From NCBI RefSeq assembly GCF_009914755.1, contig NC_060945.1: a stretch of 64,000 nucleotides of DNA. One strand, 5' to 3'. Positions 1-12,150 of the stretch are shown piece after piece. Source of the stretch: the human T2T-CHM13v2.0 reference genome, Homo sapiens. The notes beneath the pieces were generated by a model. It made no database searches. It was not told the origin of the DNA and worked only from the letters and a program-made list of their open reading frames with translations. Both the position numbers and the translations under genes were made by a program. The stretch's first letter is position 1. Every line of letters begins with the position of its first letter.

Positions 1-44
1 GATAAATGATAAAATTTATATTATGTATGTTTTACCACAGTAGA

Positions 45-410
45 TTTCTTGTTAATAATGGTGGCTTAAACCATAGGAAAACAAGCAGATAGGCCTGGTA
101 TGATTATCAGGGACCCAGGTTCCATCCATTCAGCCACCTCAACACAGGGCTTCCTCTTTATGATCCAACATGGCTGCTCCAACTCCAGTCATCATCTCAG
201 CCATGCAACAGGGAGGTGGGAGGAGGAAGGACAAGGGCACTCCTCTACCTGGAAGTTCAACCTTCCCTTGAGGGATACTTTCTGGAAGTGGCACACAGTC
301 CTTCCATTCTATTGGTCAGAACTTGGTCACATAGTTGCACATGGCTTCAAGGGAAGCTGGGCAATGTTGACTTTGTTCTGGGCACCCATCTTTTCAGCTA
401 ACATTGAGGA
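45..410 (-). mobile_element. Old MaLR LTR fragment (MLT1J/K-like)
   Basis: Motif ATTGGTCAGAACTTGGTCACATAG...CAAGGGAAGCTGGGCAATGT, typical of MLT1 LTRs in reverse orientation. Confidence 0.55.
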
Positions 411-1994
411 AGAAGAGACAAACAAGTACTGAAAACAACAACCAATCCTGCATAAGTTGAAAATCACCTTGAGTGCAAATGTTTTTTAGCACAGGACTGC
501 ACACCTTTATGTTTTCCTAGGATCACAGTCAAAAAGAAGAAGCTTTAAGAAATGGTTCTGAGGACTTTCTTCTTTGTTAAGCTCACTTTGCAACATAAGA
601 GGAATTCAGACCTCATAGGGATGTGAGCTACATAGTTATTCACCATATACCCTCAGGAAGAAGTAGAGCTAAACTGAGAAGCACTACAAAGAAAAAATAA
701 ATGAAGAAGAACAAAAATGAAGATAAAGGGTCACTTTCTTAATGCCTCATCCTATGCATTTTGTAGAATTTGAAACCCCTGGAATGGAAAGCATAAAGCT
801 CTGACAATCTGGGCTGCATTCAGCCTTGGCAGAAACCAGGATGTGACCACTGGCTCATTCCTAATGTTTCAGGTGGGTAACAAATATTTGCTTTTTCCGG
901 GGAGTTGACCACACACCCTCTTCCAATTCCTTCAACTCGGACTGCATCTTGCCCTTGAGAAAAAAGATTTGGCACCTTCAGAACACACCATTCCCCACAC
1001 TTCATTTCCCATTAAGGTTGTCTTGGTTAAAAATGTTGCGGGCCAAGTACATGGTTTCACATACTCACATGGTTAAGAGAGAGAATAGGAGTTCTATGAG
1101 TCACAGAAAATTTGGTTGAAAAAAAAAGGAATCAGGAAGAATCAGTAACACTAAACGCCCACACGTCTCGTCTCTTTAAAGCACATTGGGGGAAATTTTG
1201 CTTTTAGTGGTAACTGAACATTCTGTTGCTGCTATATATGTCATTTTCAGCAGAGATGAAATAACTAACAGCCTGGGAAGATTTTTATAGCCTTCCCGTC
1301 CTTTAAGGGATGGCGTGGTCCCAATTTTGACCTCCCTTTTACTACTTTCCTTTCCTTTGGATAAAATCCATGTAATCCTCTGTAACACTAGAACATCTCT
1401 GCATTACTGTGTGCACACCTGATTTCCGTACCGTTTTCACCCCTCATTTTGGCAGCAATCTATGCATAAAGGCAAAAAGTTCCCACACCCCTATCCTGAC
1501 CTCTTGGTAGCCGTGACCCTCATCCCAGCTCAACCCTCCTGGCATCTCCTCTCTCCTGCCAGGTTTGTGGCTCAAGTCAGGAAGCACGTCAGCCCTGAGA
1601 CCTGCAAACCGAATCCCACAGACAGTTCTAGAGGGTGTGCTTGACTTTGGAAACCCAGTTTAACTGGCTTCTGCTTGAATCATCACTCCATTAACATCAT
1701 CATTCCAGAAAGTCGTTGCTCAAGGTCTAAAGCACTTGAAACCTTCCCTTATATTTAATATTTATTACCCATCTTGAAGGAACGGCATCTGAGGACATCC
1801 TCCCATCTTGTAACATGGCTCCCCTAAGAAGGGTATAACATAGTGATTGCAAAGCAGGACTCTGTAGCCAACCATCCAGATGCAAATTCTGATTCCATCA
1901 CTTCGCCTGAATATAACTTTGGATAAGCTGACTAACCTTTCTTTGCCTCTACATTCTTATCTATAAAATGGGCACAGTAAAAGTGCATCCTCAT

Positions 1995-3172
1995 TAAAAA
2001 AATGGTCTACAAGCATATGAAAAGATGCTCAATGTCACTAATCATCAGAAAAATGCAGATTGAAAACACAAAGAGATGTCACCTCACACCCATTAGGATG
2101 AACACTATAATTTTTTAAAAATTAAAAACAAGTGTTGGTCAGGATGTAGAGGAGGTAGAACCCTTATGCACTGTTGATGGGTGATAGGGTTTGGATCTGT
2201 GTCTCCACCCAAGTCTCACCTTGAATTGTAATAATCCCCACGTGTTGTGGAGGGACCCAGTGGGAGGTAATTGAATCATGAGAGCAGGTCTTTCCTGTGT
2301 TGTTCTCGTGATAGTGAATAAGTCTCACGAGATTTGATAGTTTTATAAAGGGGAGTTCCCCTGCACATGCTCTCTCTCTCTCGCCTGCTGCCATGTAAGA
2401 TGTGACTTTCCTCCTCCTTTGCCTTCCACCATGATTGTGAGGCCTCCCCAGCCATGTGGAACCATGAGTCAATTAAACCTCTTTCCTTTATAAATTACCC
2501 AGTCTTGAGTATGTCTTTATTGGCAGCATAAAAACAGACTAATACAGTGGGATTGTAAAATGGTGTAGCCCCTCTGGAAAACAGTATGGAGGGTCCTCAA
2601 AAATTAAAACCAGAAATGCTGTGTGGTCCAGAAATCCCACTTCCGTGTCCATATATCCAAACTAACTGAGATAGATATTTGCATACCCACATTCTTGGAA
2701 GGACTAATCACAATAGCCAAGAAGTAGAAGCAACCCAAATGTCCATGGATGGATGAATAAATGAAATTTAGAATATACATACCATGGAATATTATTCAGC
2801 CTTAAAAAGTAAGAAAGTCCTGTCCCATGTTACAACATGAATGAACCTTGAGGACATTAAGCTAAGAAATAAGCCAGCCACAAAAAAAAGATAAATATGG
2901 TATGATTCTAGTTATATAATGTATCTAAGGGAGTGAAATTCATGGAAACAGAAAATAGAATGGGTTACCACAGGCTGGAGAAAGTAGGGAGAGGGGAGTT
3001 ATTGTTTGCTGAGTGTAGAGTTTCAGATTTGCAAGATGGAAAATTTCTTCAGTTTTGTTTCAGAACAATGTGAAAATACTTAACACTACTGAACTCTACA
3101 CTTAAATATGATTAAGATGGTAACTTTCATGTTATGCATTTCTTTTTACCATAATAGAAAAAAAATCATTTA
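1995..3172 (+). mobile_element. L1MB/MA-type LINE-1 3' fragment (interrupted by THE1B)
   Basis: ATGAAAAGATGCTCAATGTCACTAATCATCAG, CACCTCACACCCATTAGGATG, ATGGAATATTATTCAGCCTTAAAAAG and an A-rich tail. Degenerate TSD AAAAGTGCATCCTCAT / AAAAGTGACTCTTCAT. Confidence 0.85.
2182..2546 (+). mobile_element. THE1B solo LTR (ERVL-MaLR)
   Basis: TGATAGGGTTTGG...ACAGACTAATACA termini, internal GGGGAGTTCCCCTGCACA; 5-bp TSD ATGGG/GTGGG. Confidence 0.92.
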
Positions 3173-3619
3173 AAAAGTGACTCTTCATAGAGCTTTTGTA
3201 TGGATTATATCAGTTCATGTGTGTAAAGCATACAACACTGGATGGCACGAGCGAGCATTTCTCAAATGTCATCGTTATCAACGAATTCACATACCCTGCT
3301 CCATGCTATATCAGCACACATGAATTATTTTATGTTTGGTTGGGTGCCTTTTTATTTGTTTGTATGGAGTTTTGTTTTCTTATTTATTTTTGCCTTCTCA
3401 ATTTTCTGTGTTTTCTGAGGCCTGTTTTAGAAGCTTTACACATCTATTTTTTAATTATTCCTTACCAGGATGAAAATAAAAAGTAGAAAATAAATGTCTG
3501 AGAAAACCATCATCTGCATCTCCTTCAATTTCATAAGATACAATTTGAAGTGCCGAATTATTTCATTTGTTTTGGGTTTTAAAGGTCCTTCTTTTTACTG
3601 AATGAGAGGGATGTAGATT

Positions 3620-4210
3620 GGCAGCAGTTGATATGAAAAAAAAAAAAAATCAGGTTGTTTCCAAAGGCAGTGTGATGGGCTGCCCTAAAGCTGCTGCCTC
3701 AAAAGAACCATAAGGTTCAGATCACAAAATATAATGGTCTCAGATTTCCTAGGGCCTGTTCTGTATATAATTCTCTAAGAAGAACATTGATAAAAAATAA
3801 TACGTCCACAAAAATAAAACCAATATGATAACTCTAAAATACATATTGTAGGAAATCAGGTTAAAATAAGTAGTTGTATTTTATCTGCAAAAGAGAAGTT
3901 TAAGGAAATACTGCTTTGAAATAAATGAAGATAAGTCAAATATTCATTCATTTATTCAGTTCTGAAATTATTCAGCCACTATTCACTGTAAGATTTCTAG
4001 GTACCATTCTAGGTGTTCCTAGTCCCCATTATGAGCAAAAGTCGCCACTTCACTGTGTTATTCGAGGAGGGAAAAGTAGATACGATGATGGAGGCATATT
4101 TGAGGTCGATATGAGAAAGTTCACGCTCACAAACACAGCTGTGCATAACGGGAATGGCTATTTTATGAGGGAGTAAGTTCCCTGTCCCTGGGAATATGCA
4201 GGAGGAGAAA
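3620..4210 (+). mobile_element. Ancient L3/CR1-like LINE remnant
   Basis: Weak similarity to the CR1 3' end (GGGAATGGCT...GAGGGAGTAAGTTCCCTGTCCCTGG). Confidence 0.35.
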
Positions 4211-4634
4211 ATGTGAGCATTAAGAATGCCAAGAAGAAACTTCTAACTAGACCCCAAATATCTGGTGTAGATAACAATCAACCTCTCCTCCAACCAAAAA
4301 CTCTTCGAGTCCAGTTTTAAGGCACATCAAGTGGAGAGAACATCTGTATTCTCAGGGTGACTTCAGGACAGAATGCTAAGAAAATCTTCACTACTGACTT
4401 CCATGTTGCCTGCACGAAGACCCAATATTCCATTGTTTTTAACACAGACCTATAATGAATCTGTAACACTTATTCTATTAAAAATAGTCAGCTCCCTTTG
4501 CATGGATGCAGATTGATGATCCATTTTTAGAATCTCAATAATGATTACAATGGCACAGCATGTCACCTGGAAGGTATACTGTAGAATCCTTGCCTACAGG
4601 GTTTCACTGAAGCTTTGAAAAGAACATGAAGATA

Positions 4635-5182
4635 ACTGCTAAAACTTGGAAGCAACCAAGGTTCCTTATATAGGTGAATGGATAAACAAAGTGTGGCACA
4701 TCAAGACAATGGAATATTATTTAGCAATGAAAGGAAATGAGCCGCCAAACCACGAAAAAACACGGAGGAATCCTGAGTGCATATTGCTAAGGGAAAAGTC
4801 AATATGAAAAGCCTACATACTATATGACTCCAACTACATGATATTCTAGAAAAGGAGACAGTAAAAAGATCAGTGGTTTCTATGGGTTAGTGAGGAGGAA
4901 GAGAAGGATGAATAGGGAGAGCCCGGGGCATTTTTAGGGCAGTGAAACTTTTCCATATGGTACTATCATAGTAGGATCTGTTTTTAACATAGACCCATAC
5001 TGAATCCTTTCTGAAAAATGTGAGCCTACTATAATAGTATAGCCTACTGTAATAGTAGGCTCACATTTGTCAAAACCCATAAAACATACAACACCAAGAG
5101 CAGGCCCTAATGTAAACTATAGACTTTAGGTGATAATGATGTGCCAACCTAGATTTATCAATTGTAACAAATATAACACACT
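4635..5182 (+). mobile_element. L1MC-type LINE-1 3' fragment
   Basis: AAACTTGGAAGCAACCAAG...GGTGAATGGATAAACAAA...CCTAATGTAAACTATAGACTTT...AATTGTAACAAAT. Confidence 0.8.
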
Positions 5183-5700
5183 AAAAAGCAAAAACAATCA
5201 AACTACTCTGAGATACCAAAAAACACCAGATATATGCATAAATAAAGAAATAGTGAGTAATTCGATAAATGAAAAAGTAACCAAGAGGAAACTTCACAGG
5301 CATGATTCCTTTAAGGAAACAAAGAAATAAGCATAATAATAATAAACTTCTAATTTCTAAAATCCAAAAACTGTTACAAAAGGATTCAATGTGATATTTT
5401 TAAAGCACAATTATTGAGCATAAAATACAATCTGGAAGGCATATAACTTTGCAATAACCTTTTCTGTGTTTAGGTAAGGTTGACTGCAGAGTTGAGAGCT
5501 GGGCCATTGACATTTGAGGTCATGGTGGCAGCAGTCCGCCACTATTACCACCTATGTCCAAACATAGCTGACCCTAGCATGACTCAGGTTGAATAATATT
5601 CAGGAAATGAGGCCTTGGGCTAGGGTCCCAGCTCTTGCAATCACTAGTTCCACAATTTGGGGGAGGTGATTCTTCTAGGTCTCTATTTTCCCATACAAGA

Positions 5701-6073
5701 TGATATGGTTTGGCTGTGTCCCCATCCAAATCTCATATTGAATTGTAGTTCCCATAATCTCCATGTGTCATGGGAGGGACCAGGGCAGGTAACTGAATCA
5801 TGGGGGTGGTACCCTCTTGCTGTTCTCAAGATAGTGAGTGAGTTCTCATGAGATCTAATGATTTTATCTGGGGCTTTTCCCCCTATTGATCAGCATTTCT
5901 CCTTCCTGCTGCCATGTGAAGAAGGACATGTTTGCTTCCCCTTCTGCCATGATTGAAAGTTTCCTGAGGCCTCCCCAGCCATGTTGGAACTGTGAGTCAA
6001 TTAAACGTCTTTCCTTCATAAATTACCCATTCTCAGTTATGTACTTATAGGAGCCTAAGAATGAACTAATACA
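5701..6073 (+). mobile_element. THE1D solo LTR
   Basis: TGATATGGTTTGGCTGTGTCCCC...GAACTAATACA; internal GTGAAGAAGGACATGTTTGCTTCCCC; TSD CAAGA/CAATA. Confidence 0.9.
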
Positions 6074-6956
6074 CAATAAATGCACAGAAGAGGTCAGCTA
6101 GCAGTTTTCACACCCGTCTCCAGGAGAAGAGAAGCTAGGAGGAGCAGGAGGGCAAGGAGGGTCCGGCTCCCACCAAAAGAGTTCACCCTCTGGGGGAAGG
6201 GCTACTTATTGGGCTTTTATGCAAAATTTTATTTGAACAAAGAATTCCTCAGCTTTAAAAATAGTGGCATCTGGTTCCTTTTCCCTGAAGGTATTTACTC
6301 AAGCCAAGGAATGAAGCACCTGTGGGTGAAGAGCAGATGAAAGCTGGAACTATAAAAGCCGGAGGGAAGCTTTTTCTCATTTCTAAGGAGATTATCAGGA
6401 AGAATGTACTCTGGCCCCTGGAAACCCATCCAACCTCTCCTCTCCCACCTGGGCTGGCTGCAGCAGCTCTGCAGGATGTCACCCAAAAAGCTCCGTTCCC
6501 AACCCTGCGGCCCACAGCCTGACAGGAAAAAGAACTCTCTCAACCTGGATTCCGGGGCCCTGTACTCTAATAGAGGGCTGGACACTGCCTGGCTGTCCCC
6601 CTGCTTAGAAGGAAGCAAATGTTTATTCAAAAATATTTATTAGGTAATACAACAAACTGTCAAAAAGGAAGAGGCGAACACTGTTACAGTTTACAAACAT
6701 GAACCATGGATTCTTAACAAATGGGAGACTTTAAATGGGGATGGAAATAAAGCCCCAAGGAGGGGAAAGATGTTGTGGAAATGCTGCCCAGTGGGAGGCA
6801 GGCTTGGAACCGCACGCTGGTCTGGCTGGTGATAATCTAGTCTAGATGAAGATCTGGACAGCATCCTTCTGCTCAGCCACTAGCCTCTCTTTGCTTTCTA
6901 GTCAGTGTAAAAAGCATCTCAAAACCATTGCTTTCCCAGACTTCAGTCTCCTGAAA

Positions 6957-6972
6957 TGTGTGTGTGTGTGTG
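6957..6972. repeat. (TG)8 microsatellite
   Basis: Read directly. Confidence 0.85.
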
Positions 6973-7194
6973 CATCCCATATGTGTGTCATTTTGTGTTT
7001 CTGCCAGCCTTTCTGTTGAAACTTGCCAGAGAAAATGACCCACCTGCGAATTGGCAAACGGAACCTGACTGAATAAAAACTCCTTGATTCAGAGCTTAAG
7101 AAACAATCCAGTGGATTTCTTACTAATCTGGGTGTTCAAAATAGTCTTTCTACTTACTTGGGCTCAATATTTTGGAAGCTATTGTGGTGAAATG

Positions 7195-7380
7195 AGTGAT
7201 CACGTTGGAATTAGACACTGTACTACTAATTGTGTGTCCTTGGAAAGTTACCTAACATTTCTGAGCTTCCATTTCCTCAACATAAAATGAGGATAAAAAT
7301 GTCCATCATGCAAGATTGTCCTGACAACTGTGCTACTGTCTACAGGATCCTAAGAAAGAGCAACTAAAATTATGTTAATG
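7195..7380 (+). mobile_element. MIR
   Basis: GTGTCCTTGGAAAGTTACCTAACATTTCTGAGCTTCCATTTCCTCAACATAAAATGAGGATAA core. Confidence 0.65.
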
Positions 7381-7574
7381 TTATTAATTATAATTTTAAT
7401 CATCAATACTGTTAATAATAATAAAAGACTTTAAAATAATTTCCTCGTTTTTAACTTACTGTAATATCAACTGTCTGTGGTAGCCTGTTCACTTGCTTTG
7501 TCCTTAGTCTTGTGATCCATGTCTTTTTCTTATCTGTTAGTTTTATGCTGTCTCTTCACAAGTTCTTTTTCTGC

Positions 7575-7594
7575 GTGTGTGTGTGTGTGTGTGT
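7575..7594. repeat. (GT)10 microsatellite
   Basis: Read directly. Confidence 0.85.
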
Positions 7595-7879
7595 ACACAT
7601 GTGTATGTATGCAAGTGTGTGTTCCAACAGGGGTTCCCACTTGCCCATTAGAAGTTTATGCTGGGGTCTAGATAATAAAAGTAAGAAATCCAGGACTACA
7701 CAAATGTTAACTGAGTGGATTGAAGAGCAAGAGAGTTCTCATCACAGCCAAACCTATGAGCACAATGCATTGGGCATATCAGAGAAAACGAAGATCTAAG
7801 GTAAGGTGTGAAACACAGCACATGCAACTCGAAATGCTGAGGGGAAGATCTGGTAGGGGGGCCTGGTTTGTGAAACTCC

Positions 7880-8105
7880 TCCGATCTGGGTGCGCCAGTC
7901 CGGGTGCAATGTCCAGCTCAGCCACTTGTCCCCATGGGACCTTGAGCAAGTCACTCCATGATTCCATGCCTCAGGTTCCTGCTCTGTGAGTTGGGAATAA
8001 CAGAGCCCCTCCCAGTGGGTTGTTGTGAGGATTTGGGGAGTTAATCCAGGTAAAGCCCAGCACAGTCGGCATTCTATAAGCGTGAGCTTCATCATGATCA
8101 TCTTA
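7880..8105 (+). mobile_element. MIR
   Basis: GACCTTGAGCAAGTCACT...GCCTCAGGTTCCT...GGTTGTTGTGAGGATT...GTAAAGCCCAGCACAGT. Confidence 0.7.
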
Positions 8106-9876
8106 TCACTTTGCGTGCATCTGGCCCTCCTCACTTACAACTACTGCACCCCGTGGTAGAATGCAGCACTCATCCAACAAGACTTGCAACTCACTTCATC
8201 TCTAAAATGTAACAGGTCCAGGTAAAAAAGGGCAGATTGAACTTGTGGGCTTACCTCTAGAATAATATCACTAAAAGTAGAAATTCAAATGGACAAAGGG
8301 AAGAAAGAAGAGACAACAGCCTGTGGAAGATGTTTGCAAAATTTGGAAGATGGAAAGCAAATAAGAGAATGGCAGTTGATGAGTGAGGGGACCTCCCTGC
8401 CAGAGGATGGGGGGAGTCAGTAAAGGGAAAGGCAATTTGCAACATACGACCCTGAGAGCTTTGGAAATTTGAGGTCACTCAGAGGGTGGGAGCAGGGCAA
8501 GGAATGGGGCTGAAAACATGAGAGTGTATGAGTGTTGGAGAAAGGGGAAATTCAAGTGCTCCCTCCTCCTCCCACATCCCCTTTCTGATCCCCTGCAGCC
8601 AGGTAACCATCCTGTGCCTAGCAGGTAATTTAGGGTTCCTCTCCAGAGAGAAATCAGGGACTCCAGGCTCTGCAGAGTGAGGGAATGAGGCAACATACTG
8701 AAAAGGGGGACCAAGTGAATGGCAAGGTACCTCCCCCAGGATCTTCCCTCTACTTCACCCTCAGAACCCTGCAGCCAGGATCTAACAACCCCACCCTCAT
8801 TCCACCACCCTTTCCACAGCTGACAACAGCAGTATTCTCCCCCAGGAGATGCTGACCAACCCAAGAGAAAGAGCTACTTAGACAGTCACTTATGGGTCCC
8901 CAATGACATAGTCAGGTGCTGATACCCATCACGGCACACACCCCCAGCCAACAAGCCCCACCTGGGCACACAGTTTCCTAGTGAATTATTCTGAATTATT
9001 TCCTAGTGAAGAGCATCCAAGGTCCACCAGACACTTGTGAAAAACTTCCAAGCATTAGAAATGATGACCAAAATCTAACAATCACGAAGAAAAAATGTGG
9101 AGCAAAAAGAGATGTTTTAACTTTAAAAAAAAAAACTATCATTAAGATCCTAAAGATAAGAACAAATAATACAGCCATTAAAAAAACAGTTAAAGATGCC
9201 TTGAATAAAAAGGATCAGAGAGGAGGTTCAACATCTAAATAACAAGAGTTCCAAGAAGAGAAAACATTTAAAAATGGAAGAGAAAATTCTCAAAGAAATC
9301 ATACAGAAAAATTTCCCACAACTGAAGAGGCCCACTGAGTACCCCACATAATAAAAGGAAGAAGACCCTAAACAAGGCACATCTCTGTGACATTTCAGGA
9401 CACTGAGATGAAAGAGAAAAACCTAAAACATTCAGAGAAGAGAAATGGGAACCAGGATGGCATCCCAAGCTTCTTGATAACAACAATAAGAGCTGGTAGT
9501 CTATGAAGCATCACTTTCACTTTCCAAATCGTGAGGGAAATGTTTCTTAAAGGGAATCAAAGGCCCAGCCAAGCCATCAATGTGAAGAACTACACCAACC
9601 ATGAGGCTGACAGGATAACCTGGAGACAGGGGACCCAGCATGAAAACCAACAGAATCCTAGGGTGCCAGAGGGCAGAGATGCCAGGACAGCCACGCCTGG
9701 AAACAGCCGGTTCCATCTGTGAGCACAGGGCTCCTTAAAGCACCCTCCCCCACAACAAAACAATAAAAACCCTGAGAGATGACCAAATTCATTCTAACAC
9801 ACTGAAAAGAGGAACTGGTTCTGCCAAGGAGTTTAAGGGAGTCTTATTGTAAGTACTTAGAAAAACCAAGGCAATA

Positions 9877-9956
9877 AAAAAATCATTGAAAATCAATGAA
9901 AAATCAATTGAAAATCATTGAAAATCAATGAAAAATCAATTGAAAATCAATGAAAA
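9877..9956. repeat. Tandem repeat, ~10-11 bp unit (GAAAATCAAT-like), ~7 copies
   Basis: AAAATCATTGAAAATCAATGAAAAATCAATTGAAAATCATTG... read directly. Confidence 0.85.
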
Positions 9957-10163
9957 GTTATTGTTTTTGAAAAAATCGAACATTACAGCACACTATATGA
10001 CTCAGTTCTAAGTAACATTTACATAGTTATAATAATGTTACAAATGCATATCAACTTAACCAACATTATGATTTACCTACATTGGAAGGATGGAGAAACA
10101 GGAGATGGGGGAAGGGGGCATGAGCTAAATTCTCATCTACCTTAGGAGAAAATTGATAATGTC

Positions 10164-10523
10164 TGATATGGTTTGCCTGTGTCTCCACCCAAATCTCATC
10201 TTAAATTGTAGCTCCCGTAACTTCAACGTGTTGTGGGAGGGAGCCGGTGGGAGATGATTGAGTCATGGGGTGGTGTCTCCCACACTGTTCTTGTGGCAGT
10301 GAATAAGTCTCACAAGATCTGATGGTTTTATGAGGGGAAACCCCTTTCACTTGGCTCTGATCTGTCTTGCCTGCCGCCATGTAAGATGTGCCTTTCACCT
10401 TCTGCCATGATTGTGAGGCCTCCCCAGCCACGTGGAACTGTGAGTCCACTAAGCCTCTTTTTCTTTATAAACTACCCAGTCTCAGGTACGTCTTTATCAG
10501 CGGCGTGAAAATGGACTAATACA
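10164..10523 (+). mobile_element. THE1C solo LTR
   Basis: TGATATGGTTTG...GGACTAATACA; internal AGGGGAAACCCCTTTCACTTGGCTCT; TSD ATGTC/AAGTC. Confidence 0.9.
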
Positions 10524-10875
10524 AAGTCCAAATGAAAAGCTCATGAAAACGCAGTGATGTATCAACAAGGAGGTAAATGACAGAAGAAACAGCTAAGAGG
10601 ACAGCAGTTACCTCTAGGAAAGGGGGCTCTCTGGGAAAATGGAAGGCAGAGAACTGCTATTTTTCATTATAAGCGCAGAAATACTATTTGACTTTTACAA
10701 CTATGTATTAGCATGAGAAATATAACAACTAGAATAGAACAGTGATAAAACATGTAGAAAATTTCACAGTGAATAAACTAACGCATACATAGATAGGCAA
10801 CCGTTTTCTGAGAGTCAGTTGTGAACCCAGAAAAGGCATAAAATCCAGTTCTTCAGAGCCATCCCATGCTCATTG

Positions 10876-11237
10876 CATGTACCACCAGTTTGTTTCCTCC
10901 CAAAATTCACATGTTGAAATCCTAACCCTCAAGGTAATGGCATTAGGAGCTGGGGGGCCTTTGGGAGGTGATTAGGTGTTGAGGATGGACCCTTCATGAA
11001 TGGGATCAATGCCCTTATAAAAGGGACCAGAGAGAGCTCCCTTCACCCCTTCTACCATGTGAGGACACAGCAAGAAGATGCCATCTATGAACCAGAAAAT
11101 GGGCCCTCAACAGACAACAAACCTGCCAGTGCCTTGACATTGAACTTCCCAGCCTCCAGAACTATGTGAAATAAAGTCTTGTTTATGACCATCCAGTGTA
11201 CAGTATTTTGTTATAGCAGCCTGAATGAACCAAGACA
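10876..11237 (+). mobile_element. MLT1A-type solo LTR
   Basis: CCCAAAATTCACATGTTGAAATCCTAACC...GCCTTTGGGAGGTGATTAGG...TTGTTATAGCAGCCTGAATGAACCAAGACA. Confidence 0.85.
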
Positions 11238-11499
11238 CTCATCATCAGGGCTGTTGCATCTGCCCCTTCCCACCACAGTCTCACTAAAGCAACCGGAAAG
11301 AGGCACCAAATACGTCCCCCTTTGTTATGTTAGTAACACAGTCATGTTATAATACAAAATAAACTAAGCAATGTCAAACAGATCAACATAATTATTTAGT
11401 ATGACATAAACCTCTTCCAAATGCACATGCAAATTTTTTCATTATTTACCTTTTAAAAGCCTTAAAGCTTAAAGTGAAAATTAGTGTGAAAAAAAAAAC

Positions 11500-12150
11500 A
11501 AATTTCTGAAAGGTAATTTGTCAGTCTATATCAAAAGATTAAAGATACATATCTTTCATCACACAATTCCACTTTCAAGAGCGTATCTCAGTCTGATAAA
11601 CTACAGCATGGTTTGAAACAGTAATTTTCATCTTGGAGGCATGTGAGAATACTGATTCCTGGGCCCCACCCCAAGACAGCCTGATTCAATTGGCCTGGGA
11701 TAGGACTTGGGCATCTGCATTCTGCACTCAAGATTGGGAATTCCTGGTTTATAATATAGAAAACTAGAAACAGCCTGAATACTCAACAGAAGAGGACTAG
11801 GTAGATAAATTTATAATGACAGAGACATACGATGGAATACTAGACAGTTTAAAAGTAATGTGGCATTAAAAATATCATTAAGCATACCTATGAACATGGG
11901 CAGATACTTCTAATGTGCTGGTAAGTGAACAAAACAGGTGCCAGCACATATATATAAAAGTGTATATATAATATGATCCCCTTTGGGGAAAAACATGTGT
12001 ATAAGAGAGAAATTCCACTATCTGGAATGAAATGCATTACTTTTCAATAGCCATTATGTCTGAGTGCAGAAAGATTTAATTTAAATACTTTTGTTCATCT
12101 GTATGCTCACGGTAAACAAAGTATTATTGACACCATCTTCTAAAGTTCAA
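11500..12150 (+). mobile_element. L1ME-like fragment with nested MER5A-like piece (~11620-11750)
   Basis: L1 3' motifs (ACAATTCCACTT, AAACTAGAAACAGCCTGAAT, GATGGAATACTA) flanking MER5-type GATTCCTGGGCCCCACCCCA...GGGCATCTGCATT. Confidence 0.55.

Larger units (their letters stand above)
1836..3280 (+). mobile_element. MIR split by an L1 insertion (halves ~1836-1994 and ~3173-3280)
   Basis: MIR core (ACTTTGGATAAGCTGACTAACC...TCTATAAAATGGG) on the left; MIR tail (GTGTAAAGCATACAACACT...) resumes after the L1. Confidence 0.65.
8230..10740 (+). mobile_element. Old L1M/HAL1-like LINE region (ORF1-like remnant), interrupted by THE1C
   Basis: A-rich segments such as GAGTTCCAAGAAGAGAAAAC...AAAGAAATCATACAGAAAAATTTCCCACAACTGAAG. 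Boundaries are approximate. Confidence 0.55.
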
